A program made the position numbers and the translations under genes. A model generated the notes under the pieces. It had not been told where the DNA came from. It searched no databases and saw only the letters and a list, made by a program, of their open reading frames with translations. DNA of 64,000 nucleotides from Eledone cirrhosa (lineage: Eukaryota), in the NCBI GenBank assembly GCA_964016885.1, contig OZ024752.1, positions 49,724,001 through 49,788,000 of the forward strand. The letters are read 5' to 3'. Below are positions 24,650-40,994 of this stretch, piece by piece. The number at the start of each line of letters is the position of its first letter. Within the stretch, counting starts at the first letter, position 1.

Positions 24650-27600
24650 GACAATGACCACCACCACATACACTGCATACATACCACTACCATCACCTCC
24701 ACCACCACCACATACCACTACCATCACCTCCTCCACCACCACATACACTGCATACATACCACTACCATCACCTCCTCCACCCCCACATACCACTACCATC
24801 ACCTCCTCCACCACCACATACACTGCATACATACCACTACCATCACCTCCTCCACCACCACATACCACTACCATCACCTCCTCCACCACCACATACACTG
24901 CATACATACCACTACCATCACCTCCACCACATACCACTACCATCACCTCCACCACCACCACATACCACTACCATCACCTCCACCACCACCACATACACTG
25001 CATACATACCACTACCATCACCACCAGCCCCACATACCACTACCATCACCTCCACCACCACATACCACTACCATCACCTCCACCACCACATACCACCACC
25101 ATCACCTCCTCCACCACCACATACCACTACCATCACCTCCTCCACCACATACCACTACCATCACCTCCACCACCACCACATACCACCACCATCACCTCCA
25201 CCACCCCCACATACCACTACCATCACCTCCTCCACCACATACCACTACCATCACCTCCACCACCACATACCACTACCATCACCTCCACCACCACATACCA
25301 CCACCATCACCTCCTCCACCACCACATACCACTACCATCACCTCCTCCACCACCACATACCACTACCATCACCTCCTCCACCACCACATACCACTACCAT
25401 CACCTCCTCCACCACATACCACTACCATCACCACCACCACCACATACCACTACCATCACCTCCTCCACCACCACATACCACTACCATCACCTCCTCCACC
25501 CCCACATACCACTACCATCACCTCCTCCACCACCACATACCACTACCATCACCTCCTCCACCACCACATACCACTACCATCACCTCCTCCACCACCACAT
25601 ACCACTACCACCACCATCACCTCCTCCACCACCACATACCACTACCATCACCTCCTCCACCACATACCACTACCATCACCTCCACCACCACATACCACTA
25701 CCATCACCTCCTCCACCACCACATACCACTACCATCACCTCACCACCACCACATACCACCACCATCACCTCCTCCACCACCACATACCACTACCATCACC
25801 TCCTCCACCACATACCACCACCATCACCTCCTCCACCACCACATACCACTACCATCACCTCCACCACCACATACCACCACCATCACCTCCTCCACCACCA
25901 CATACCACTACCATCACCTCCTCCACCACCACATACCACTACCATCACCTCCTCCACCACCACATACCACTACCATCACCTCCTCCACCACCACATACCA
26001 CTACCATCACCTCCACCACCACGATACCACTACCATCACCTCCACCACCACCACATACCACTACCATCACCTCCTCCACCACCACATACCACTACCATCA
26101 CTCCACCACCACACATACCACTACCATCACCTCCACCACCCCACATACCACTACCATCACCTCCTCCACCACCACATACCATCACCTCCCCACCACATAC
26201 CACTACATCACCTCCACCACCCCACATACCACTACCATCACCTCCACCACCCCCACATACCACTACCATCACCTCCACCACATACCACTACCATCACCTC
26301 CACCACCACATACCACTACCATCACCTCCACCACCACCACATACCACTACCATCACCTCCTCCACCACCACATACCATCACCTCCACCACCACATACCAC
26401 TACCATCACCTCCACCACCCCCACATACCACTACCATCACCTCCACCACCCCACATACCACTACCATCACCTCCACCACATACCACTACCATCACCTCCA
26501 CCACCACATACCACTACCATCACCTCCACCACCACCACATACCACTACCATCACCTCCACCACCCCCACATACCACTACCATCACCTCCTCCACCACCAC
26601 ATACCACTACCATCACCTCCACCACCACCACATACACTACCATCACCTCCTCCACCACCACATACCACTACCATCACCTCCTCCACCACCACATACCACT
26701 ACCATCACCTCCACCACCACCACATACCACTACCATCACCTCCTCCACCCCACATACCACTACCATCACCTCCTCCACACCACATACCACTACCATCACC
26801 TCCTCCACCACCACATACCACTACCATCACCTCCTCCACCACCACATACCACTACCATCACCTCCTCCACCACCACATACCACTACCATCACCTCCACCA
26901 CACCACATACCACTACCATCACCTCCTCCACCACCACATACCACTACCATCACCTCCTCCACCACCACATACCACTACCATCACCTCCTCCACACCACAT
27001 ACCACTACAATCACCTCCACCACCCCCACATACCACTACCATCACCTCCTCCACCACCACATACCACTACCATCACCTCCACCACCACCACATACCACTA
27101 CCATCACCTCCTCCACCACCACATACCACTACCATCACCTCCACCACCCCCACATACCACTACCATCACCTCCACCACATACCACTACCATCACCTCCTC
27201 CACCACCACATACCACTACCATCACTCCACCACCCCCACATACCACTACCATCACCTCCACCACCCCACATACCACTACCATCACCTCCACCACCCCCAC
27301 ATACCATTACCTCCACCACCCATACCACTACCATCACCACCACCACCACATACCACTACCATCACCTCCACACCCATACCACTACCATCACCACCACCAC
27401 CACATACCACTACCATCACCTCCACCACCCCCACATACCACTACCATCACCACCACCACCACATACCACTACCATCACCTCCACCACCCCCCACATACCA
27501 CTCCATCACCCACCACCACATACCACTACCATCACCTCCTCCACCACCACATACCACTACATCACCTCCACCCCCCACATACCACCTACCATCACCTCCA

Positions 27601-28640
27601 CCACCACATACCACTACCATCACCTCCTCCACCACCACATACCACTACCATCACCTCCTCCACCACCACATACCACTACCATCACCTCCTCCACCACCAC
27701 ATACCACTACCATCACCTCCACCACCACATACCACTACCACCACCTCCACCACCACATACCACTACCATCACCTCCACCACCACATACCACTACCATCAC
27801 CTCCTCCACCACCACATACCCTACCATCACCTCCTCCACCACCACATACCACTACCATCACAACTCCACCACCACATACCACTACCATCACCTCCACCAC
27901 CCCCACATACCACTACCATCACCTCCACCACCCCCACATACCACTACCATCACCTCCTCCACCCCCACATACCACTACCATCACCTCCACCACCCCCACA
28001 TACCACTACCATCACCTCCACCACCCCCACATACCACTACCATCACCTCCACCACCCCCACATACACTACCATCACCTCCACCACCCCCACATACCACTA
28101 CCATCACCTCCACCACCCCCACATACCACTACCATCACCTCCACCACCCCCACATACCACTACCATCACCTCCTCCACCACCACATACCACTACCATCAC
28201 CTCCACCACCACATACCACTACCATCACCTCCTCCACCACCACATACCACTACCATCACCTCCACCACCACATACCACTACCATCACCTCCTCCACCACC
28301 ACATACCACTACCATCACCTCCACCCCCACATACCACTACCACCACCTCCACCACCACATACCACTACCATCACCTCCACCACCACCACATACCACTACC
28401 ATCACCTCCACCACCCCCACATACCACTACCATCACCTCCTCCACCCCCACATACCACTACCATCACCTCCTCCACCACCACATACCACTACCACCACCT
28501 CCTCCACCACCACCACATACCACTACCACCACCTCCTCCACCACCACCACATACCACTACCACCACCTCCTCCACCACCACCACATACCACTACCACCAC
28601 CTCCTCCACCACCACCACATACCACTACCACCACCACCAC
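24650..28640. repeat. ~4-kb C/A-rich satellite with a ~25-31-bp variable unit (CATACCACTACCATCACCTCCTCCACCACCA)
   Basis: Direct inspection. It is almost G-free on the + strand, which explains the 1359-aa ORF. Confidence 0.95.
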
Positions 28641-28689
28641 TACCAACAACAACAACAACATAGAGTACCACAACAATATTAATAATAAT

Positions 28690-29020
28690 GATTTCCGCTT
28701 TAGGCACAAGGCCAGCAACTACCCCAGTACATAACTGGTACTTTATGTTACCGACCCCCGTAAGGATGAAAGGCAGAGTTAACCTCAGCGGGATTTGAAC
28801 TCAGACCGTAAAGGGAGGTAACTCTATGCTGCAAAGCATGGCATCCGACCTTTCTCTGATACTGCCAATCCACCACCAGTGGTGGGGGTTTCTAATTTGG
28901 GCAGAAGGTCAGCCATTTTGTTGGGGAGGTGGGCAGAGTTTACTAAATCAACCTTCGATTGATGAACCGCAAAGTTGATCTCAACAGGATTTGAACGTAG
29001 AGTGTAAAGAGCCAGAGCGA
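28690..29020 (-). mobile_element. Two adjacent SINE family 1 copies, the second older and more diverged
   Basis: Homology to 7100-7282. Confidence 0.75.
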
Positions 29021-29021
29021 C

Positions 29022-29022
29022 T

Positions 29023-29061
<39 letters not shown>

Positions 29062-29230
29062 GCAACAACAACAACAACAGCAGCAGCAGCAGCAACAACA
29101 ACACCAACAGCAGCAGCAGCAGCAACAACAGCAACAACAGCAGCAACAGCAGCAACAACAACAGCAGCAGCAACATCAGCATCAACAGCAGCAACAACAG
29201 CAGCAGCAACAGCAGCAGCAACAACAACAA

Positions 29231-29292
<62 letters not shown>

Positions 29293-29336
29293 ACAGCAAC
29301 AGCAGCAGCAGCAACAACAACAACAGCAGCAGCAGA

Positions 29337-29367
<31 letters not shown>

Positions 29368-29445
29368 ACAGCAGCAGCAACAACAACTGCAGCAACAGCA
29401 GCAACAACAACAACAACAACAGCAGCAGCAGCAACAGCAGCAACT

Positions 29446-29478
<33 letters not shown>

Positions 29479-29586
29479 ACAACAACAGCAACAACAACTG
29501 CAGCAACAGCAGCAGCAACAACAACAACAATAACAGCAGCAGCAACAGCAACAACAGCAGCAGCAACAACAACAGCAACAACAACT

Positions 29587-29646
<60 letters not shown>

Positions 29647-29823
29647 ACAACAACAACAATAACAGCAGCAGCAACAGCAACAACAACAGCAACAACAACT
29701 GCAGCAACATCAGCAGCAACAACAGCAGCAGCAACAACAACAACAACAACAGCAGCAGCAACAGCACCAGCAGCAACAGCAGCAGCAACAACAACAACAG
29801 CAGCAGTTGCAGCAGCAGCAGCA
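29022..29823. repeat. ~800-bp mixed (CAG/CAA)n tract
   Basis: Direct inspection. Confidence 0.95.
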
Positions 29824-29919
29824 GTGTCAAAGGTAAAGGTAATACAAACAACAACAACAACAACCAAAACAACAACTTTATTATCAAGAACAATAGCAAA
29901 GAACAACAACAACAAAAAC

Positions 29920-30587
29920 CATCATCATCATCATAGTCATCATTGTCATCATCACCAACACCATCACCCTCCCCCCCCTCTACCATTATAGTCATCATCA
30001 TCATCACTATCACACCATCACCATCACTCCATCACCATCATCACCATCACCACCATCACCACTATCATCATCACCATCACCACCATCGCCACCATCATCA
30101 CCACCACCATCACCATCACTATCACTCCATCACTATCATCACCATCACTCCATCACCATCATCATCATCACTCCATCACCATCATCATCACCACCACCAC
30201 CATCACCATCACCATCACTCCATCACTATCATCACCATCACTCCATCACCATCATCATCATCACTCCATCACCATCATCATCACCACCACCACCATCACC
30301 ATCACCATCACTCCATCACTATCATCACCATCACTCCATCACCATCATCACCATCACCACCATCATCACCATCACCATCATCACCATCACCACCATCACC
30401 ATCATCACCACCATCACCACCATTACCATCACCACCACCATCACCATCACCATCACCACTACCATCATCACCATCACCATCACCATCACCATCACCACCC
30501 CCACCATCACCACCATCATCACCACCATCATCACCACCACCACCATCACCATCACCATCACCACCACCACCATCATCATCATCATCA
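29920..30587. repeat. (CAC/CAT)n low-complexity tract
   Basis: Direct inspection. Confidence 0.9.
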
Positions 30588-31730
30588 AATGCCAGCAATA
30601 TTTTTGTAAAAAAAAAACTAAAAAAAAAAAAAAAAACCCAACAAGATAAATTAAAATAAAATAAAATAAAATAAAATAAAATAAAATAAAATAAAATAAA
30701 ATACAAACAAACTAAATCTGTTTCAAATTTTGAGGAAAAAAGAAAAAATTTATAGTATGGAATGCCAAGCAGCATAATCATCAAAGATTTCTGCAATTGA
30801 AAGCAACTTCTAATGATTTCACATGGAAGTATAATGTTTGATAATTATTCTGCTGCATGGAGCTTCCATATAATTTTACCTTGTTAAAAAGAGTCAAATC
30901 TACGCTAGTAACAGTATTAGTACAATACAGTTAGTTTTTTTTTTATATTAGTAGCTTTATGTACGTTACAATCAGAAAAAAAAAAGTCAAATGGTGACTA
31001 CACTTCTACCAATTAACTTGAAAATCTCGTTAGAAGAGTTTGTTGTTGTTATTGTTGTGTGTTCCACCATTCTACCTTCAGCCTGCAGTTGTTGATTTTC
31101 ATTTTTGGTTTGGTTTTTTTTATTTTTTTCTGTTTTTTAGAGAGAATAAGAGAGATTTATGGCAGCGCACAGGTAATAACTGGAATAATTAGATGCCATC
31201 TTTAAATCTATAGTTCTATATGTGTCAATTATTTATCAGTTGACTAGTGTTCCAGATATTACTATACTGTCTTTCTTTTACACCATTTAGAAGTACTTAT
31301 TCTGTAGATTGAAGCATTTTAAAGAAGGGTTGTGTGTTATATGTTAGATATTATTTGATTGCTATTTCTTACTTTTGAAACAACCACAAAGAATTTTCTT
31401 CCTGGGTTCTGTAGCAGAATTTGATCCTGTAACTTTCAAACATCATTGTTCTAGCACATATCCATTAGACCAGACATGTCAAACTGAGGGTCCCCCCCCC
31501 CCTCCAAGGGCCACATGTGTTGTCTCAGGGCCTCACATGACAACTAATTGTGCACATTACAACTAATTTTTTTTTATTTTATATTACGAAGATAAAACAC
31601 GCTTGCGTTGTAAAGACACCTTTGTGTGGGCTGAAGTGTCCACATATCTTCTTCAATTACTGACCATATCTCACTGTCACAACATCGCACTCACCTGGAA
31701 CACTCATCTCATCTCTCACCTCTCACTCAT

Positions 31731-31762
<32 letters not shown>

Positions 31763-32711
31763 TATGATATGGAGGAGGAAGGGGAAAATATTAATAAACT
31801 TAATTTCCCTCATTGAAACTAAAACACACACACACACACACACACTCACACACATACACACACACACACACACACTCACATACACACACACACTCACATA
31901 CACACTCACATACACACACACACACTCACACTCACACACATACTCACACACATACACACTCACACACATACACACTCACACACACACGCACACACACTCA
32001 TACACACACACACACACACTCACATACACACACACACACTCACACACATACACACTCACACACACACTCACACACATACACACACACATACACACTCACA
32101 CACATACACACTCACACACACACGCACACACGCACACACACTCATACACACACACACACACACTCACATACACACACACACACTCACACACATACACACT
32201 CACACACACACTCACACACATACACACTCACACACACACACACACACACACTCACACACACACTCACACACATACACACACTCACATACACACACTCACA
32301 TACACACACTCACATACACACTCACATACACACACACAACACCAACAAACAGAAACAATAGTAAATCTAATATAACACCTTTTTATACATTTATATAATA
32401 TATTTTGATATGTTTTTGTGGGGAGGGTTTTGTTTTTTCCTTAATTTTTCGTTTTGTTTTCATCTTGTAAGGGTTAGATTCTTTGCAAGTTAAATATATC
32501 CTGGTAAATCAACCCATCACCATTGCTGTCAACTGATTATTGATTATTGAACTTCCAGATAATTTTCAATTAAGTTATGAGGTCGATATTGCAATATTAT
32601 AGTGCTGAGATCCTCTATGTATGTATGTATGTATGTATGTATGTATGTATGTATGTATGTATGTATGTATGTATGTATCTATGTATGTATGTATGTCTAT
32701 ATGTATATATG

Positions 32712-32745
<34 letters not shown>

Positions 32746-32946
32746 TGTATGTATGTATGTATGTATGTATGTATCTGTATGTATGTATGTATATATGTAT
32801 GTATGTATGTATGTATATATGTATGTATATATGTATGTATGTATGTACGTATAGCACATACATTAAAAAAATGCATGAATATATACTTACTTGCATGTTT
32901 ATGTATGTATAAAAGCTGACGTAAAATGATGATGATGATGATGATG

Positions 32947-32995
<49 letters not shown>

Positions 32996-33002
32996 CACAT
33001 AC

Positions 33003-33092
<90 letters not shown>

Positions 33093-33183
33093 GTATATAT
33101 ATATATATATGTAATATAACTGTAAAAGTGCCTCCTGTGTTTTGTTTGTTTCATTTATTAACTATATATATATATACACATAC

Positions 33184-33269
<86 letters not shown>

Positions 33270-33592
33270 GTATATATATATATATATGTAATATAACTGT
33301 AAAAGTGCCTCCTGTGTTTTGTTTGTTTCATTTATTAATTATATATATATATATACACATACATATATATATATATATATCTATATATCTATGTAGACAG
33401 AGAGTGTGTGTGTGTGTGTGTTAAATATCTATATGTGTATATATATATATGTGAGTGTAAGTCTCAGTAAGCAGAAGTAGACACCTTATCCGATATTTAA
33501 GACTAAATAAGAGCAAATAATAAACATACTACACATTCACAAGCACGTGTATACACATGCAGCATATAGTCACAGGTGTGTGTGTGTATGTG

Positions 33593-33669
<77 letters not shown>

Positions 33670-33674
33670 GTATG

Positions 33675-33741
<67 letters not shown>

Positions 33742-34041
33742 ATGTGTATATGTATATGTATAGATATGTACATACTTATATATGCATATATGTATATATA
33801 AATAAGTATACAGGTATGTGTGTATGTGTATATATATGTGTATATATATGCATGTTTACATGTATATATATGCTCATGTATGGTATACATACACATGTAT
33901 ATGTATAAACATATATATCTACACATGTGTATATGTATATATATATATATATGCATATGTGTATATATATATACATGTATATGTATAAATATATATACAT
34001 GTATATGTATAAATATATATACATATATATAGGTGTATGAG

Positions 34042-34073
<32 letters not shown>

Positions 34074-34471
34074 TATATGTATATACATACATAGATATAT
34101 GTGTAATTATATGCTTTTAGAGTTTACAGATTAAATATGGCCGAGGAAATCTATACACATACACAAACCTATATAGACACACACACACACATAAACACAT
34201 AATCACACATAATTACACACACACACATATACATACATCCTATATCTACATAAAATGTTCATTTAACGAAAAAAAACAATAAAACAACATCCAGATATGA
34301 GAATTACTAAATATTATTTAAAAGATTCTGCTAAAAGAGGGGAAAAGAAAAAAATATGTATTAAATTTCAATGTAGGGAAGTGACTTTATAATAATTATT
34401 ATTATTATTATTATTATTATTATCGTCGCCACCATGCCAACACAACTATCACAACCACCACCGCCAACGCC

Positions 34472-34518
<47 letters not shown>

Positions 34519-35201
34519 ATCGTTATTATCATCATCATCGTTATAATTTTTAGGAATATTTATACGCGAGTATAAATTATATTTCGCAGAAAACGTTTAC
34601 AAAAAAATAAAAAATAAATTAAATAAAAATGAAAAATAGGTAAATAAATTAAATAAAAGTAAATATAAATAAATTAAATAAAAACAAATATAAAAAAAAA
34701 ATTAACATAAAATTACATGCTTTTCTTTTTTTATTATTATTTTTCAATTTCAATTCAATTTTTTTTTTTTTTTTTAATTTTTAATATTTTGGGTGGTTTA
34801 AATATAATGAATAAATATTTATGCCTTATGCTTTAATATGAAGTAAATACCAGTGGGTGATCAGCTATATTGATATTAATATAAGCATGTGAGTTGTGAG
34901 CTAAATGGATCTCCAATGAGAATTATCACAGCAAATGAAATAACTATTTTTGATTGCCTATCATTTAATAATTAACCCCTTTGATACCAATCCTTTGGCT
35001 CTATGAAATGAAACCTCGATTTTAAAGGGTTTCTATTTAAATTAACACCTTCCAATATGATTCTATGTTGGAACCTTTCGGTAATTCATTACACAAATAT
35101 AATTTTAATCATGAAATGTTTCATAATTTTAGTAAATACTTAAAAATTTTTCATTAATTAATTATAACACACATAAACACACACACAGAAATATAACATA
35201 C

Positions 35202-35234
<33 letters not shown>

Positions 35235-35281
35235 CATATATATGTATATATATGTATATATATGTATATATATATATATAC

Positions 35282-35312
<31 letters not shown>

Positions 35313-35549
35313 CATATATATATACATATATATATACATATATAGATTAGAGCAAACATCACGAGCGCTCTATCTCAAAATTATATTTGAAAAGCATTAG
35401 AAATGCACAACCGGTAAAAACTTAAAGCTAAAACTGAATACTAACCAATACTTATTACTAATTTTTACTTATTCCTAATTAAACTATTTTTCACTGGGAA
35501 CAATTTATCAGCATTTTCTTTTTCTTTTACCAATATACATATATACATT

Positions 35550-36320
35550 ATCCTCAGAATGAAAGGCAGACTGTATGATGCGTGTATCCGAACAGCGATG
35601 TTGCATGGTAGTGAGACCTGGGCACTGAAGGTGGAAGACTTACGTAGATTAGAGAGAAACGAAGCCTGCATGCTCCGATGGATGTGTAACAGTAATATAC
35701 GTGAACGACAAAGCATAAATGAATTGAGAGAAAGACTGAGCATAAGAGGAATCAAATGCTGTGTGCAGGAGAGGCGGTTGCGCTGGTATGGACATGTGAT
35801 GCGTATGAAGGATGACAGCTGCATAAAAAGGTGCAGAGCACTAGAAGTTGATGGAAACCGCGGAGTGGGGAGACCCAAGATGACCTGGGATGAGGTGATA
35901 AAAGCCGACCTTACCCAACTACACCTCTCAAAGACAATGACACACGACCGTGACTTCTGGCGTCACGCAGTAATACAGAGTACCCGACCTCCCATGGGTA
36001 CATGCTGAAGCATATAAACAATATGCCCCCACACACCCCCACCGCAAGGTGGTCGTGGAGGTGCCACGGCAAAAAAGCACGCAGCCCACACTGTAAAGTG
36101 GACGTGTAGGCGCCACGAAAAAGCACCCAGCACTCACTGTAAATGAGGTTGGTGTTAGGAAGGGCATCCAGCTGTAGAAATCAAGCCAGATCAGATCCTG
36201 TATGAGCAAGGCATGGTCAGCCGACCAGACACTGCACACAACAGGACAACCCGTCTAACCCATGCTAGCGTGGAAGAACGGACGTAAAACGGTGATGATG
36301 ATGATGATGATGATGATGAT
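35550..36320 (+). mobile_element. 5'-truncated RTE-clade LINE: ORF C-terminus, 3' UTR and (GAT)n tail
   Basis: 149-aa frame KGRLYDACIRTAMLHGSETW..RLERNEACMLRWMC..RRLRWYGHVMRM..GRPKMTW..DRDFWR is the typical post-RT region of RTE elements. Confidence 0.9.
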
Positions 36321-36403
36321 ATATATATATATATATATGTTATATTTCTGTGTGTGTTTATATGTGTTATAATTAATTAATGAAAAATTAATGAAAAATC
36401 AAA

Positions 36404-36702
36404 AGATTGTGAGTTCAATTCTCAGACCGGGTGATGTGTTGTTTCCTTGAGCAAGACACTTTATTTCACATTGCTCCAGTTTACTCAGCTGTAGAAATGA
36501 GATGATAGGACTGGGGTCCCTATCATTCCACTGCAAAGTGGTCGAGGAGGCGCCACGGAAAAAAAGCACCCATCACTCACTGTAAATGAGGTTGGTGTTA
36601 GGAAGGGCATCCAGCTGTAGGAATCAAGCCAGAATCAGTTCTTGTCTCACCCTTGCAAGCAGGGAAAAGCGGACGTAAAATGATGATGATGATGATGATG
36701 AT
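36404..36702 (+). mobile_element. CORE-type SINE (family 2), 5'-truncated
   Basis: B-box, CORE-like domain and RTE tail. Confidence 0.85.
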
Positions 36703-37019
36703 ATATATATATATATATATCATCATCATCATTGTTTAACATTGGCAGGATTTAACTCAAAGAGCTCAGAGATATGGAACAAATACCCAAAATATTCTAA
36801 CTGCCATTCTAACAACTCTGTTAAGTTACGGTAGATAATGTTGCCAATACCCAAATGAAAGAATAAAAAGGTTAAACTGAACAAGCTGCAGAAGTTACAA
36901 GAGATGAATCTATTAATATATTGTATTTGTGTGTGTGTGACAGCTCACACCTATGCAGGTTTTGCTGGCCTCCTCCAAGGTATATCTTGTGGAATGTGTC
37001 TTGGGTGATTTTTAATGCT

Positions 37020-37182
37020 AGGGACCCCAGTCCTATCATCTCATTTCTACAGCTGAGTAAACTGGAGCAACGTGAAATAAAGTGTCTTGTTCAAGGAAAC
37101 AACACATCACCCAGTCTGAGAATTGAACTCACAACCTTTCGATTGCAAGCCCAATGCTCTAAACACTAAGCCATACGCCTTC
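37020..37182 (-). mobile_element. CORE-type SINE (family 2), head and core only
   Basis: Matches 15620-15783. Confidence 0.8.
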
Positions 37183-37742
37183 ACATATTGTACTTAATTC
37201 CATTCCATACTTCAATATTCCAATCAGCTCATCTCAATGAAAACACCTTAATTAAACATTGATATGCATCATCTTATAAAATAAAATCATATTAGTTGTT
37301 GACACTTAAAAGTCTAGCTATGAGCAATATTTTTAGTAGACAATCTTAAATATATAATTTATGAAATATTCTTAATTCTGAAACTAAATTAGAAGTATTT
37401 ACTGCCTGCATTGATGCATTGTTACTGCATGTTATTTAGAATTGTAGAATTCTATCTGCAGTTCTATACATATCTAGAGAGATTTGAGTATAGAGATATC
37501 TCTAAAGAGATACTTACATATATATATATATATTTATATGTATTATGAGAGAAAACAATGAAGTATCGTTTACATTTTTATGTTTTAACTAAGTAATAAT
37601 CTGTTACCTGTGTTTCACAGATGATTGGTGCAAGGTCACATATGGAAGCTAAGGACCCAATTCTAGCATAAATTTGCTCTTCAGAGTAGACTGGGGATTT
37701 CACAAAAAATAAAGTGATATATATATATATATATATATTCAT

Positions 37743-38232
37743 CTACCATACTCTGAACACATTGCTTCCTTTGGCATGGATACACTGAAGCTCTGACATC
37801 TGGCAACTGATTTGGTAAACACACACAAAATTATTTACCATCTTGCCAACAACAACCCTGATTACCTTCTTAAATTCCATGTGTCTAACACTCGCGGACG
37901 TGCCTACAAAGTGAAAAAACAGCACAGCTCCCATGACTTTCGGAAACATTTTTTCACGCTCAACGTTGCTGAAGCATGGAACAAACTACCTGCATCAGTT
38001 GTTAGCTGTCGAGACACTGCATCCTTTAAAACATCCATGCTTCTTGAAATTCGCCAACACTACACCTGGTATTTCCCCTCCATACACACACACACATGTA
38101 TCTGTGTGTATATCATGACTCATACACTGTTCACTTTCCTGACATTTGTATATTATTCTATGTACTATACATGCACCTTTGATGAGTTGTAGTGCACCTG
38201 AGCACTGTACAGAATAATTTTTTTAATTATTA
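37743..38232 (+). mobile_element. CR1/L2-group LINE 3' fragment
   Basis: Peptide NTRGRAYKVKKQHSSHDFRKHFFTLNVAEAWNKLPASVVSCRDTASFK fits the TRGH..R..FFS.RV...WN.LP....A.....FK C-terminal motif; 3' UTR and ATT tail follow. Confidence 0.85.
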
Positions 38233-38252
38233 TTATAAAATTATATACATAT

Positions 38253-38289
<37 letters not shown>

Positions 38290-39671
38290 CAGAGAGAGTG
38301 AGAGAGAGAGAATTATAAACAGGTAATCAAGTTTACGAAACTTGAGTACCTGTTTATGTCAGTTGTAATTTTTTATACTAAACTCGTCCTATGGACTAAG
38401 TGCTCTTACTCTTGGACATTTCCACTTAACTTTTACTTCAGTATATATATATATGAAAGGGCATCCAGCCGTAGAAAACCAGCCAGACAGTCCTATACGA
38501 GCAAGACAACCAATCTTGCCCCAAGTGGGAAACCTCCCGTCCAAACCCATGCAAGCGTGGAAGATGGACGTTAAACGATGATGATGATGATGATATGAAT
38601 ATTGTTACGACTAGGGGCAAAGAAGGCAGTTGCTCCCCTTGTCCAACCATTAAATCCAGCCCTGATCTAGGGTCGATCTCATTGTGTGAGAGCAATAGTA
38701 AAAGTTGTCTACCATAACCTTGGCTTTACTAATGCTGATATTGCAAATGTGTGTATTTGCAGACTCTTCCAACCTACACTATCATTGAAGAATAGATAGG
38801 AAATAAAGAGTAAGGAAGAAGAAAAAGGAATTTAAATAACAACATTTATGAAAATTTGGAAGAAAGAAAAAATGGTATCCGCTGCAACATTATTATTTAT
38901 TCCAACATTAGTTTACTTTGCCTTTCATCCTTCCGGAGTCGATAAAATAAAGTACCAGTAATGCACTAGGGTATTGCTGGCCTTGTGCCATAAGTAGAAA
39001 CAATTATTTATTCCAACATTTGACCAAATTGCTGGAAGCATTTTCAAGTTAGAAATTCAAAGTTTAGCAATTTTTGTTGGAAAAAAGTGAGAACTTAAAC
39101 AAGACACAAACACAAGCGCTCATACATACACACATATATATACACATACACACATATATATACACATACACACATATATATACACATACACACATACACA
39201 CATACATATGCTCATATACACATATATACGCTCATACACACATACATACACTCATACACACATACATATGTACATACACACATATATATGCACGTACACA
39301 CATACATATACACATACACACATACATATACACATACACACGTACTCATACACACATACATATGCACATATACACATACATATACACATACACATATATA
39401 TGTACATACACACATACATATACACATACACATACACACGTACTCATACACACATACATATGCTCATATACACATACACATGTATATACACACATACATA
39501 TGCACATAAACACATATATATATATACACACATACACACATACATATACACATACACACATACTCATACACACATACATATGTGCATACACACATACATA
39601 CATATGCACATATACAACTGCACTAACACAGCACCATCACAGCACACTGTATATTTACATATATACATAAT

Positions 39672-39703
<32 letters not shown>

Positions 39704-39770
39704 CACACACACACATATATATATGTGTATATATATATATATATGTATGTATATATATATTATATACACA

Positions 39771-39849
39771 CAGGGTGTCCTCAAATATGTATACACACTT
39801 CAACACCATTCTAATCAAAGTGTGCATACATTTTTTGGGGGACATCCTG
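39771..39849. mobile_element. 79-bp Tc1/mariner-type MITE
   Basis: CAGGGTGTCCTCAAATATGTATACACACTT / AAGTGTGCATACATTTTTTGGGGGACATCCTG followed by TA. Confidence 0.7.
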
Positions 39850-40594
39850 TATATATATGTGTGTGTGTGTATGTGTGTACACACACTCATGTGTATCTGT
39901 ATGTGTGTGTGTGTTTATGTGTGTATGTGTGTACACACACGAATGTGTATCTGTATGTCTGTGTGTGTGTGTATGTGTGTACATACACTCATATGTACCT
40001 GTATGTCTGTGGGTGTGTGTGTGTGAAGCATGGCGTGTGTTAATATAGAAATATTTCTATCTCTAGATCTTTATATTTGGTGATTTTCTCTATTTCATTG
40101 AAAGATATATTGTCGTCTGTGGGGATAGATACATCTGCAGCAGAAGTAGTAGTAGTAGTAGTAATAGTAGCAGCAGCAGCAGTAGCAGTAGTAGTAATAG
40201 TAGTAGTAGTAGCAGCAGCAGCAGTAGTAGTAGTAGTAGTAGCAGTAGTAGTAGTATATTGTTATTAACATTGCTTCTACTTTCTTTTTCCAAAACCTCA
40301 ATAAAAATAACATTATTTAAAAAAAAAAATGTTTGTAATAAAATAAAATAAAATAACTTTTAAATATTAAAATATTAGGATAGCAAAACCTTTAAATAAA
40401 AAAATGAAAAGAAAGAAAGAAAGAAAGGGAAAACAACAAACAAAATCAATAATAATAATAATAACAAAAAAAGAAAGATAGAAACAACCCCAACTGAGAA
40501 GAATTATTCATAGGAATGAAGAGAAGGAGAAGAAGAAGAGATTTATAACAATATACAATAAATGACTTGGTATATATGTAAGTTTAAAAACCTG

Positions 40595-40647
<53 letters not shown>

Positions 40648-40753
40648 ATATATATATAAGTCTAAAAAAAACTTGATATATATATTGATATGTATATATG
40701 TATCGCTATATATACGCATGTCTTAAAACCTGATATATATATATATATATCAT

Positions 40754-40787
<34 letters not shown>

Positions 40788-40836
40788 TATATCTATATAT
40801 ATATATATATTGATATATATATATGTCAAAAACCTG

Positions 40837-40867
<31 letters not shown>

Positions 40868-40959
40868 TATAAGAACAAAAGATGGTTAAAGGAGTTCCAT
40901 GTATTTTATATATACATATATACATATATACACACACACACACATACATATACATATAG

Positions 40960-40994
<35 letters not shown>

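Noticed and set aside
24603-28682. 1359-aa Pro/His/Thr-rich, extensin-like ORF
   Set aside because: The strand is nearly G-free and has almost no TAA, so stops cannot arise. Unit lengths shift frame freely, so there is no coding constraint.
28824-30013. PolyQ, polyL and polyA ORFs
   Set aside because: Translations of a CAG/CAA tract that starts inside a SINE, with no flanking unique coding sequence.
37608-37690. 83-nt open minus-strand segment YSEEQIYARIGSLASICDLAPIICETQ with AG/GT ends
   Set aside because: Weak acceptor and no recognisable homology, so it cannot be distinguished from chance.
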